Part shown: in pieces, positions 15,128 to 23,343 of the stretch
Numbering within the stretch: the first letter of the stretch is position 1
Layout of the letters: each line of letters starts with the position of its first letter
NCBI GenBank assembly: GCA_000306725.1
Contig: CP003083.1
Coordinates: 2,258,042 to 2,282,041 of the forward strand
Reading direction: 5' to 3'
Origin: Methanolobus psychrophilus R15
Lineage (GTDB): Archaea > Halobacteriota > Methanosarcinia > Methanosarcinales > Methanosarcinaceae
Length of the DNA stretch: 24,000 bases
The notes under the pieces: model-generated
What the model was told of the DNA's origin: nothing
Databases searched by the model: none
The model's input: the letters and a program-made list of their open reading frames with translations, nothing else
Made by a program: the position numbers and the translations under genes

Positions 15128-16267
15128 TTATTGTTCCTCTTTCTGGTGTAGAGTATATCTTGCATCTTCAATCGCTTCCCAAGAACCTGCAGTTGGTATT
15201 ATGAATGAGAAATTCATAACGAGTTGTGTTGTCACAAACGAAATCAATAGATTCCCTATTTTAGGTATTGCGATTAATATCAATAATCCTATATATAACG
15301 GTTCTTCGAGTATAACAAAGGGATATAGAACTGTTATGCCCAAAATGACGACGGGTGAGATAATGTGTGTAAGAAGTGCATATGGATAGATTATTTTACC
15401 AAATTTCCCTTTCCCAAGAAGGTCCAAATTGTCTAGGTACACTCTCCTTAAACCGTTTATTCTTTTCATTTTCTGGACCGTTCGCCCTTTTAGTGTAAGC
15501 GGGACACGCTCGTATACTATGGCGTTCTTATTATAAACCACTCTATAACCCAGATGGATGATCTTGTAGAGCATATCTGAATCATCCGCATAGGCGTTTG
15601 GATTTATCCTTATTTTCTGGAGAAGCCTCGTCCTGAAGCTCATAAGTGGTCCGTTACACACAGAAACAGAATATATGTTGCTCTCACCCTGTCTCCATAG
15701 GTCGAAAACGGACCGATATGAATCCTCATGTGATTTCGATATTCTTGTTCTGTCAGATACGATAACTATCTTTCCTGTAACTCCGCCCACTTTCGGATCA
15801 GCATACTCCCTCACGACCTGCAACAGGGAATCCTCTTTCAATATTGCATCTGCATCAGATATAACTGTTATCTCAGTTGTGATCTTTGAAAAGATCCAGT
15901 TCAAGCCTCTGGCCTTACCTTTGCCACCTTCGTTTTTAATAATGATGGTCTTGAACCCATTTTTGTCTATGGACCCCAACGCGCTCTTTTCTGAACTATC
16001 GGTGGAATAATCATCCACTATTATCACTTCAAGCTTGTCTTGTGGATAATTTAATTTATATGTATTCTCTATCTTTTCTTTGATGACCTTCTCTTCGTTA
16101 TACATTGGTATTATTAACGTGACAGTTGGAAGATTATCAATATCCGGTAATACTGTACTTGACTTGGAATAGATATGCATGATAATAGTGTATGAGGCAA
16201 AAAGAATTATCTCAAATAGAACAAGGACCTGCCAAATAACTAAAGGATCGATTATATTAAGCAACAT
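15128..16267 (-). CDS. Membrane-anchored family-2 glycosyltransferase (GT-A fold)
   Basis: 379 aa. An N-terminal TM helix is followed by PTVTLIIPMYNEE, IIVDDYSTDSS and the VISDADA DxD-type motif. Several TM helices lie at the C-terminus. It sits 23 nt upstream of aglB on the same strand. Confidence 0.85.
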   Translation of the reverse strand: MLLNIIDPLVIWQVLVLFEIILFASYTIIMHIYSKSSTVLPDIDNLPTVTLIIPMYNEEKVIKEKIENTYKLNYPQDKLEVIIVDDYSTDSSEKSALGSIDKNGFKTIIIKNEGGKGKARGLNWIFSKITTEITVISDADAILKEDSLLQVVREYADPKVGGVTGKIVIVSDRTRISKSHEDSYRSVFDLWRQGESNIYSVSVCNGPLMSFRTRLLQKIRINPNAYADDSDMLYKIIHLGYRVVYNKNAIVYERVPLTLKGRTVQKMKRINGLRRVYLDNLDLLGKGKFGKIIYPYALLTHIISPVVILGITVLYPFVILEEPLYIGLLILIAIPKIGNLLISFVTTQLVMNFSFIIPTAGSWEAIEDARYTLHQKEEQ

Positions 16268-16327
16268 TATTTATTACCTTTTATAATTATTCAGTTTTTA
16301 CATTATTTCTTTCAGATAATGGTCCTG

Positions 16328-17803
16328 TCAGTGCATATTCAATTTCCATTTGATTTTCCTAGCAAGATAAGCCAACTTGAATAAAAATTTTGAAAATAAC
16401 TCATTTGCCAACATCTTTGCTTTAATCCTTTGAAGATGGGGGTTTTTGAGATACTTGCCCATGAAAGTCCCCTGTCTTACTGATTCCGGCTTATAGTACA
16501 GGAATTGATAGCCTTTTACACTTTGCCAGTATGCGAACTTGATAGCTCCTGTCCTTTTAGGTCGATTAAGTTCCTGCTCTATCAATCTTATTATGTCATT
16601 GCGGTCTTTCGGTATGTAGCAACCTTCAACATCTTCATATGTCGTTCTGCCGATCAAGATGGATGGTTTACCCCAGAATACACTTTCAATTCCTATTGTT
16701 GAACCAAAGGTAATAATCTTTTCACATGCATCCATCAGTTCATAGGAATCAATTTTAGAATCAGCAGGGATTATAAAGAGGTTTGCTGCTTTCAGTTCAC
16801 TCAACTCTTTTATCTGGGTATTCTTCAAACCTTTAAGATTCGGATGTATCCTCAGATAGAACGTAATATTTTGATTGATTTCTGAATGTATGATCGAATC
16901 GATAGCTTCGGTCTGAGTCCTGTAATAAGGGTTTTCCCATCCTTCTATCGCTTCGAACTCATCTTGGGATGAGATGTAAATAGCAATGTTCCTCTTATGG
17001 GGATTAAAACCCTCAGGCAGGTTTCCTTTGATCTGGGACTTAGTGAATGAATACCAACTCTGGTCTTTTCCGCCTCTGCGTTCTTCAAACCAAGAGATTG
17101 CTATCTTTTCCTTTTTAGCGTCGTCTGGCTCGCTATCCCAACATGTGTCTATCTCTTTTTTCTGATAGTCCAGATTATGAGGATATGTGTTTTCTGTCAA
17201 AGAATATTTATTGAGGACCCCCGCCCTTTCATGCACATAGGTTCTTATTTCCATGTCCTGCGCGGCTCTCAAGGCGGGTCTCAGTGGTACATATCTTCCG
17301 TTGAACAAATAGAATATATCCGGCTTTATAATCTCAAGATGATGCCGGGTCGCGTTATAAATTGCTACTGACATCATCAAGTTCTTTTCCAGAAAGAACC
17401 TGTACTGTGTCACGTCGATTTTAGGTTCTCTCACCATGCTGATAAGGGAAGAAGCGACTGCCATCCCCACATCTATTCCACCTACCTTGAAGCTCTTCAA
17501 TTCTTCCATTGTTGAAAAAACAGGTAAGTTGAGGTCTGTCATAAAATCATTTAAAGCAAGATCATGTCTGTTCTCTTCAGGGAGATGTATGATATTCAAT
17601 CCCCTGTCACTTCTGGATTTGCACAGGATACATCTGAGCTTGAGATGGCTGGGATTAGGTTCACAATATGGTAATTCTCCTGAACATTGGATCACATGGA
17701 CCTCGTCACCTGCATCGATATGTCTGGCAGCGATTTCAAGGTCGGTTGCAAGGTGTGGCACCCAGTCTGCAAAGGGCATATAGATAAGGATCTTCATTTT
17801 CAT
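16328..17803 (-). CDS. Putative GT-B glycosyltransferase resembling capsule KpsS/KpsC-type (CMP-ulosonic-acid-dependent) enzymes; candidate nonulosonic-acid transferase
   Basis: 491 aa. Patterns reminiscent of the Capsule_synth family are FNGRYVPLRPALRAAQDMEIRTYVHERAG, IAIYISSQDEFEA...LRIHPN (an HP motif) and ITFGSTIGIESVFWGKPSILIGRTTYEDVEG. An N-terminal C-x6-C-x10-C-x2-C cluster is encoded at nt 17621-17686. The family call is from memory of motifs and is not verified. Confidence 0.45.
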   Translation of the reverse strand: MKMKILIYMPFADWVPHLATDLEIAARHIDAGDEVHVIQCSGELPYCEPNPSHLKLRCILCKSRSDRGLNIIHLPEENRHDLALNDFMTDLNLPVFSTMEELKSFKVGGIDVGMAVASSLISMVREPKIDVTQYRFFLEKNLMMSVAIYNATRHHLEIIKPDIFYLFNGRYVPLRPALRAAQDMEIRTYVHERAGVLNKYSLTENTYPHNLDYQKKEIDTCWDSEPDDAKKEKIAISWFEERRGGKDQSWYSFTKSQIKGNLPEGFNPHKRNIAIYISSQDEFEAIEGWENPYYRTQTEAIDSIIHSEINQNITFYLRIHPNLKGLKNTQIKELSELKAANLFIIPADSKIDSYELMDACEKIITFGSTIGIESVFWGKPSILIGRTTYEDVEGCYIPKDRNDIIRLIEQELNRPKRTGAIKFAYWQSVKGYQFLYYKPESVRQGTFMGKYLKNPHLQRIKAKMLANELFSKFLFKLAYLARKIKWKLNMH

Positions 17804-18059
17804 CCCATAATATATAATTAATTTGGATTCTTTTGTAATAATTATTGTGTATGTGAGGCCATTGAATGCATATTAACTAGAACACTATTTTTCGTTCAAT
17901 ACTATATATCTGAGTAAATAACCTTCAAATCCTAAACTACTAAGATTTTTTGCTCCTGAATTCTTACTTAAATTACGAGCTGCAAGATGCAGAGACTTTT
18001 TGCGGCCAAGTTTAATGACTTAAAGTGTTCTATACCTTCAATGTCTGTTCCAATTCTAC

Positions 18060-18071
18060 CAGAAAAACTAA
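18060..18071 (-). terminator. Weak oligo-T signal (TAGTTTTTCTGG on the minus strand) just after the methyltransferase stop
   Basis: A T5 run lies 8 nt after the stop codon at 18075-18077. It opens a 271-nt non-coding gap. Confidence 0.2.
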
Positions 18072-18074
18072 GTA

Positions 18075-18998
18075 TCATTTTTCATTTCCTTTATTTTTCA
18101 GTTTTGCATAAATTATGCAAGTTCTTCCAATTCCTAATTTCGCTAGTGATGTATATATGTTTCTTCGAAGCCTGTCGTCAATATTCCCTTCGAGTTTCAT
18201 CCTTCTTTCATGACATTTACTACCAATTTCATTGTTATCAATGTAGTTATCCTCCATTAGTAAAAACAATTCCATAGGGAAATCTGCGGTTTGCAAATAA
18301 ATTTCGAATCCACACTTGTCCAGTAACTGGGTTAAACTGGAGAAATTAAAATAGTTGATGTGGTCAGGTATTGCCAGCCAGTAGTGGGATTTGCATATTT
18401 TATTTTTATGTGTTTGTAACTGGAGAACGTTGAAATCATTTGGAACTTCTACACAAATCATTCCTGATTCATTTAGTAAATCTTTACAAATAGTTATTAT
18501 TTCAAGGGGATTTGGTATATGTTCAAGTACACATTTCAAATTGATAAAATCAAAGTATCCATACCATTTTTTTTCTATAAAATCCTCAAGTGTAGTATTA
18601 AATACATTAGTGTTTAAAAAATTAGCCATTTCACTTGCTGTGCATGAAGGTTCTATTCCAAATGTTTCCCAGCCATTTTCCTCCATGAATTTAAGGAAAA
18701 GTCCATTTCCACAACCAACATCTAGTAACCGTTTGTTACCACCAATATCATTTATGTAATTATTTAATATGTCAAATTTATCCTGATACCATAAATTTGA
18801 CCATTTTATCTCTTTAACCTCTTTTTCATAGTCTAAGAGTTTTGGTTTTTTTTCTTGATAATATTGCTTTTCATAGTATTTTTTAATCTCTTCTTTTGAT
18901 GGAATTGGATATAGGTGTTTGAATCCGCAAAAGTCACATTCAATTATTTCCACTTCCCCATTTGTTGCCACTACTTTCCCTTTGTGCATAGCATCCAC
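18075..18998 (-). CDS. Class I SAM-dependent methyltransferase with N-terminal Cys pair (possible Zn ribbon)
   Basis: 307 aa. Motif I is RLLDVGCGNGLFLKFMEENGW. The N-terminus has ECDFCGFKHLYPIP. It lies in the glycan cluster. The true start may be Met4 (nt 18989), given that GAGGTGG abuts ATG 18998. Confidence 0.8.
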   Translation of the reverse strand: MDAMHKGKVVATNGEVEIIECDFCGFKHLYPIPSKEEIKKYYEKQYYQEKKPKLLDYEKEVKEIKWSNLWYQDKFDILNNYINDIGGNKRLLDVGCGNGLFLKFMEENGWETFGIEPSCTASEMANFLNTNVFNTTLEDFIEKKWYGYFDFINLKCVLEHIPNPLEIITICKDLLNESGMICVEVPNDFNVLQLQTHKNKICKSHYWLAIPDHINYFNFSSLTQLLDKCGFEIYLQTADFPMELFLLMEDNYIDNNEIGSKCHERRMKLEGNIDDRLRRNIYTSLAKLGIGRTCIIYAKLKNKGNEK

Positions 18999-19118
18999 CT
19001 CTTAAGTTCATTTTACAATCAAATGTTTAATAAGTAAATTCTCTGACTAATTGTTTTATAATATTCGAAGCAACAATCGTAATAACAATTGAGACTCCGG
19101 TACTTTTTCTTTTATGTT

Positions 19119-20204
19119 TTATTCTATACAATCCCATCTTAAAGGAGTACCTTTCTTAATATCTTTCCTTGCTTTTTTCTGTAGTATTTCAGTTAAAAAT
19201 CTAGTATGTAACCCGAAACCAGGTCTTATAGATTTAATATTTTTTTCAGTGAATTTTTCTCCAGTGTTAATATCTTCCACAACAAATAAGGATCTTGAAA
19301 AATCCCTGCTTTTCTTGGCTTTTTCTGTTAGCTCATAAGTCACTTCACCGAGTGCTTTTTCTGTATCTCTGACAGCCTTCACCATTGATTCGAATTCATG
19401 GAAATCAAGTGAGAATGCAGCATCGGGCCCTCCCATATTCCTGTCAAGGATGAAATGCTTCTCAATTATTTTTGCACCAAGCGCAACAGATGCGATAGGT
19501 ACGGCTATCCCAAGGGTGTGATCAGAAAGCCCGACGACTGTTCTGAAAGTGTCGATTATGTTCGGTATTGTTTTCAGATTGAGTTCTTCGAGTGGCGCAG
19601 GATATGCAGATGTGCATTTCAATAGTGCTATCTGCTGATTCCCCATCCTTTTACAGGAAGCAATGGCTTCCTCTATGTCCGAGAGTGTTGCGATACCTGT
19701 GGATATGATAACCGGTTTTCCTTTTGATGCGACATATTCTATGAGTGGGATGTCTGTTATTTCAAAGGATGCGATTTTGTAGGCAGGGACTTCCATCTTT
19801 TCAAGAAGGTCAACTGCAGTTGTGTCAAAAGGAGAGGAGAAACAGATAAGTCCAAGCTCTTCAGCTATCCTTTTAAGCTCCGGTTGCCATTCCCAGGGGG
19901 TATATGCTTCCTTATAGAGATTATAAAGTGTCTTCCCATCCCACAGGGTTCCATGTTCTATCTGAAAGAACTCATTGTCACAGTCGATCGTAATTGTATC
20001 AGGTGTATATGTCTGAAGCTTTACAGCATCAGCGCCCGATTCTTTAATGGCTCTTATTGTATCGACTGCAAGGTCGAAATTCTGGAGGTGGTTCGCTGAA
20101 ACTTCCGCTATTATGAATACCGGATGTCTTTCACCAATGCATCTGTCAGCAATTCTGATTTCCATGTTTCCCTCAATTGTATATTTGTTAGCATTGATAG
20201 TCAT
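19119..20204 (-). CDS. pseI: Nonulosonic acid synthase of the NeuB family, pseudaminic acid synthase (PseI) type
   Basis: 361 aa. It shows PVFIIAEVSANH, GADAVKLQTYTPDTIT, LWDGKTLYNLYKEAYTPWEW, KIASFEITD, LLKCTSAYPAP and GLSDHTLG. The C-terminal SAF-like tail is IKSIRPGFGLHTRFLTEILQKKARKDIKKGTPL. By recall it closely parallels Campylobacter PseI. Confidence 0.8.
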   Translation of the reverse strand: MTINANKYTIEGNMEIRIADRCIGERHPVFIIAEVSANHLQNFDLAVDTIRAIKESGADAVKLQTYTPDTITIDCDNEFFQIEHGTLWDGKTLYNLYKEAYTPWEWQPELKRIAEELGLICFSSPFDTTAVDLLEKMEVPAYKIASFEITDIPLIEYVASKGKPVIISTGIATLSDIEEAIASCKRMGNQQIALLKCTSAYPAPLEELNLKTIPNIIDTFRTVVGLSDHTLGIAVPIASVALGAKIIEKHFILDRNMGGPDAAFSLDFHEFESMVKAVRDTEKALGEVTYELTEKAKKSRDFSRSLFVVEDINTGEKFTEKNIKSIRPGFGLHTRFLTEILQKKARKDIKKGTPLRWDCIE

Positions 20205-20233
20205 TTACTTTAGTAATTTAGTTCCCGTCTTCC

Positions 20234-20866
20234 TCATTGCATGTTGTCGTGCAGGATTCGTGCTATCTGCTGCTTTTCATGGTCGTTCAGCTCATTCCTG
20301 ACCTGGAAATGAGGCATGCCCAGATTCTTCGCTCCCTGTATATCTGCAATGGGGTCATCTCCTATCATCAAGGCTTCAGAGGCCTCTATGTCGTAAAATT
20401 GCAGGACCTGCGTGAAGTATTTAGGGTGGGGTTTTGCAAAGTCCAATCCATCCTGTTGTGAATAAAATATAGTATCAAAATATCTTTCAAGCCTTAACGC
20501 CTCAACTTTCATTTTCTGAGGCATCAACCATCCGTTGGTAAGCAGACAAAGCTTGTATTCCTTTGATAGTTTCCAAAGGAAGACTTCTATGTCTTCCCTC
20601 AGGGATATTTCCGGGCAGTGCTCTCGATAGACATCCACTAACTTGCTGATAATACAGCTATCAATGTTCAGTTTCCTACACAGATAATCGAAATTGTTCC
20701 CTCTTCCATTGAGAACGAATGATTCTAATAGTGAAGAGTAAACTGCGTAATGATTCAGGGACTTTTCCTTCGCTAAGAAAATAGCAACGGCTTTAAACCC
20801 ACTGATGACGTATTCTCTTTCATTGTACAACGTGTTATCCAGATCAAAGATAATTATTTTTGTCAT
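20234..20866 (-). CDS. HAD-superfamily hydrolase (phosphatase-type)
   Basis: Motif I is IIFDLDNTLY (DxDxT). Motif II is LLTNG. Motif IV is IGDDPIADIQGA. The preferred start is ATG 20866 (MTKIIIFDLD). The ORF track's 20890 start is a GTG. Either way it overlaps the ATP-grasp 3' end (stop 20844-20846). Confidence 0.8.
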   Translation of the reverse strand: MTKIIIFDLDNTLYNEREYVISGFKAVAIFLAKEKSLNHYAVYSSLLESFVLNGRGNNFDYLCRKLNIDSCIISKLVDVYREHCPEISLREDIEVFLWKLSKEYKLCLLTNGWLMPQKMKVEALRLERYFDTIFYSQQDGLDFAKPHPKYFTQVLQFYDIEASEALMIGDDPIADIQGAKNLGMPHFQVRNELNDHEKQQIARILHDNMQ

Positions 20867-21818
20867 GTGCATCAATAAATATGTCCTCACTATACCGTAG
20901 CATCATGAGACCTTCTTTGAAGGGCTCCACGTCAATCTTGCCCTTATTCAGTAGTTTGATCAGATAAAGAGGAGTGTTTCTGCCAGCTGCAAAACTTAAA
21001 TTAGATGCTCCTCCGAAACGGGGATTCACTTCGATGAATTTTACCTCCCCTAATCCAGTTTTAAAGCATTGGATGACATTATGGCCTATTAATTTCATTT
21101 TTGTAGCAAGTAAAATGCACAGGTCTGTTATTTCCTGATCATTCACTGTGATTCCGACCTTCGATTCTCCTGAGACGACCTTTATTCTAACCCTAGGGAC
21201 CAGGCTGATAAAATTCCCATCAAGATCTGAAAAATAATCTATACTGTACTCGGTCCCTTCTATATATTCCTGTATTATGGGGTCATCAATATTTCCAATG
21301 AGTTCGTGCAATTCTCCCTTGTCTTTAACAATATAGAATTTTCTGGCACCGGCACCTGTCTTTGATTTGAGTACACAAGGATAAGTAATGTCATCAGAGA
21401 TCTGTGTCCATGACGTTATTGCTGGTAAATCATTTTCCTGTAAGAATCTGAAGAATTCAAACTTATCTGAGCACATATTTGCGACCATGGGATCAGGAAC
21501 CATGACCTTTGCCATAGTTCTGTCTTCAATATGTTTTTTGTGTTTTGACAGGTAAAGTACATCCTCATCCCTTGTTGGAACAATAAGGCGCACTTTGTTC
21601 TCAGTACACAGTTTCTCTATGAAATCCAGATAGTTAGGACTATTCAGTCTTGGGCATATCGTATACTCATCGCAGAAGTAAAGTGCTGCAGAAAGGGAGT
21701 CAATATCTATCCCTATTACTTTCCCTTCATTCTTTTCTTCTGCCAGCGCTTTTTTGAATTCTTTTACAAGCAGCACTTTCGTAGAAACACTGGTGATAAG
21801 GATTGTGGTTTCAGTCAT
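20844..21818 (-). CDS. ATP-grasp family ligase
   Basis: About 325 aa. It has a pre-ATP-grasp N-domain, then CVLKSKTGAGARKF, IIQEYIEGTEYSIDYF and the Mg/ATP-site motif KFIEVNPRFGG. The preferred start is ATG 21818 (MTETTILI), 1 nt after the SDR stop. The longest ORF starts at 21842. Confidence 0.8.
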   Translation of the reverse strand: MTETTILITSVSTKVLLVKEFKKALAEEKNEGKVIGIDIDSLSAALYFCDEYTICPRLNSPNYLDFIEKLCTENKVRLIVPTRDEDVLYLSKHKKHIEDRTMAKVMVPDPMVANMCSDKFEFFRFLQENDLPAITSWTQISDDITYPCVLKSKTGAGARKFYIVKDKGELHELIGNIDDPIIQEYIEGTEYSIDYFSDLDGNFISLVPRVRIKVVSGESKVGITVNDQEITDLCILLATKMKLIGHNVIQCFKTGLGEVKFIEVNPRFGGASNLSFAAGRNTPLYLIKLLNKGKIDVEPFKEGLMMLRYSEDIFIDAHDKNNYL

Positions 21819-21819
21819 C

Positions 21820-22764
21820 TCAATGATTTTTTTTCTTTTCATAACTGATTATCTCTCTGATTCCTGATTCGAGATCGTATTGAGGAGACCAAGACAATTC
21901 TTTTTGCATTTTACTTATATCTGCACAACTTGATTCATATAGCTCTTTTCTGGATTCGATTGCATTGACATTGAAATCCCCTAGGTTCTTTTTTAAGATT
22001 GTAATAACATCTTTGACTTTAGAAGATACACCGGTTCCTAAATTGTAGATGCCTGTAGCATTATTGCTCTCACCTAGTTTTAATAGTCCTGCAGCTACAT
22101 CCCTTGCAAATATATAGTCAAATCGATTATCTTCGTTGAACAAAATAATATCCTTTTCTTGAAGGATATCTCTTATCCACCGGGAAATTATGTCACGTGA
22201 TCCTTTTCCATATACTCTGAATATTCTTGCAGACACAGTATCAAAAGGATATTCATTATTCCGGCTAAGGAATTCCAGATCAGCTTCTGTCTGGAGCTTT
22301 GCAACACCAACCGTGTTCCTGGGACTGATGGTAGAACTTTCAGTCAAATGGTTTTGTTCTTCAATGTTGTTATACTGTTCTTTGTCGTATATCAGATAAC
22401 TGGATGCAAAGATAACCTTTTTCAAAGAAGGGTATTTGATAATCTGATCGATCAGATAATGAGATGCAAGGATATTATTCTTGAAATTGGATTCCCAGAA
22501 GTCCTTTCTTTCTTCGGTTCTTTCAAAATCGGCGGCTAAATGAAAAACGTATTCAGGTTCAAAGCGGAAAAGGAACTGGTTATCAGGTCTTGAAAGATCC
22601 ATCTGGAAGTATTCTATATTACTCAGTTCTGAAGGCTTTTCCTGAAAATCCACACATCTTATTATGGCTCCCTGCTTCCTGAGCATATCAATGAGCTCTT
22701 TTCCAATTACTCCTGCTCCGCCGGTTACTAGTACTTTCTTGTTGTTGAAAAACATGATGATCAC
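21820..22764 (-). CDS. Extended SDR (NAD-dependent epimerase/dehydratase family), atypical: catalytic Tyr position is Val
   Basis: 314 aa. The Rossmann motif is VLVTGGAGVIGKEL. HLAADF and FASSYLIYD are present. The PxxxYxxxK position reads PRNTVGVAK (Val at nt 22309-22311, Lys at 22297-22299). RIFRVYGKGS follows. Confidence 0.8.
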   Translation of the reverse strand: MIIMFFNNKKVLVTGGAGVIGKELIDMLRKQGAIIRCVDFQEKPSELSNIEYFQMDLSRPDNQFLFRFEPEYVFHLAADFERTEERKDFWESNFKNNILASHYLIDQIIKYPSLKKVIFASSYLIYDKEQYNNIEEQNHLTESSTISPRNTVGVAKLQTEADLEFLSRNNEYPFDTVSARIFRVYGKGSRDIISRWIRDILQEKDIILFNEDNRFDYIFARDVAAGLLKLGESNNATGIYNLGTGVSSKVKDVITILKKNLGDFNVNAIESRKELYESSCADISKMQKELSWSPQYDLESGIREIISYEKKKNH

Positions 22765-22765
22765 C

Positions 22766-23308
22766 TTATAAATATTCCGACCTTAACATCGAATGCATCA
22801 CACTGTCATGGTATTCGCCATTTTTGAAAACGTGTTTTCTGAGGATACCATCTCTTTTCAGTCCGAAGCTTTCCAGTGTTTTGATGTGACTTTCCCTGTA
22901 AACATAGGTCTCTGTATATATCTTATTCAAATTGAGCTGCCCGAATCCATATTGTGAGAGCATTTTGAGGACTGCAAGCAGCGTTTTATCATGTACGGTA
23001 TTGTCGCATTCAAGATCAGTGTCCAGTAAAAAAGATAATTCTCCTCTTGATGATATGTAATCAATATTGGTAAGACCACAATAACCAACGAACCTGTCAT
23101 TCTCATCGATTATTGAAAAAAGGACTGAATCATTACTATTGGCAATGATATCCCAGTATTTCTCCTGGTTTCTGTCAGTAAGGGGTTTCCATTGACGAAG
23201 TATGGACATTTGCTCATTGCGCCATTTTTTTATATTTTCCAGATCACCAAACTCTATGTTCGATAAGTATAGACCATCTGCTTCCAATATTCTAGCTCTC
23301 ATGAGCAA
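22766..23308 (-). CDS. GNAT-family N-acetyltransferase, PseH-like by context
   Basis: 180 aa. An N-terminal WRNEQ motif is followed by a GNAT core (VGYCGLTNIDYISSRGELSF ... YGFGQLNLNKIYTETYVYRESHIKTLESFGL). It lies between a cytidylyltransferase and nonulosonic-acid genes. Its stop is 1 nt before the SDR start. Confidence 0.65.
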   Translation of the reverse strand: MLMRARILEADGLYLSNIEFGDLENIKKWRNEQMSILRQWKPLTDRNQEKYWDIIANSNDSVLFSIIDENDRFVGYCGLTNIDYISSRGELSFLLDTDLECDNTVHDKTLLAVLKMLSQYGFGQLNLNKIYTETYVYRESHIKTLESFGLKRDGILRKHVFKNGEYHDSVMHSMLRSEYL

Positions 23309-23343
23309 ATCTCCTATAATATGTTAACGAAAAGCATTACATT

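Noticed and set aside
17980-18000. Hairpin CTGCA-AGA-TGCAG followed by T5 on the plus strand (bacterial-style intrinsic terminator look)
   Set aside because: No plus-strand gene ends here and all flanking genes are on the minus strand. The stem is only 5 bp. It is probably fortuitous.
18303-18311. TTCGAATCC, the tRNA T-loop consensus
   Set aside because: No flanking T-stem complementarity or acceptor/anticodon arms are present. It lies inside the methyltransferase coding sequence, so it is a chance match.
15105-18759. Plus-strand ORFs 15105-15389, 15675-16010, 17436-17783, 17987-18277 and 18391-18759
   Set aside because: All lie antisense to long minus-strand genes with clear enzyme motifs. 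Their translations are low-complexity or Ser/Ile/Phe-rich, with no start-site context.
19119-20204. Calling the synthase NeuB (sialic acid / Neu5Ac synthase)
   Set aside because: The LWDGKTLYNLYKEAYTPWEW block and the C-terminal SIRPGFGLH...KKARKDIKKGTPL tail match my recollection of PseI better than NeuB. The neighbours (GNAT with WRN motif, SpsF-like CTP-transferase) also fit the Pse route. A phylogeny is still needed.
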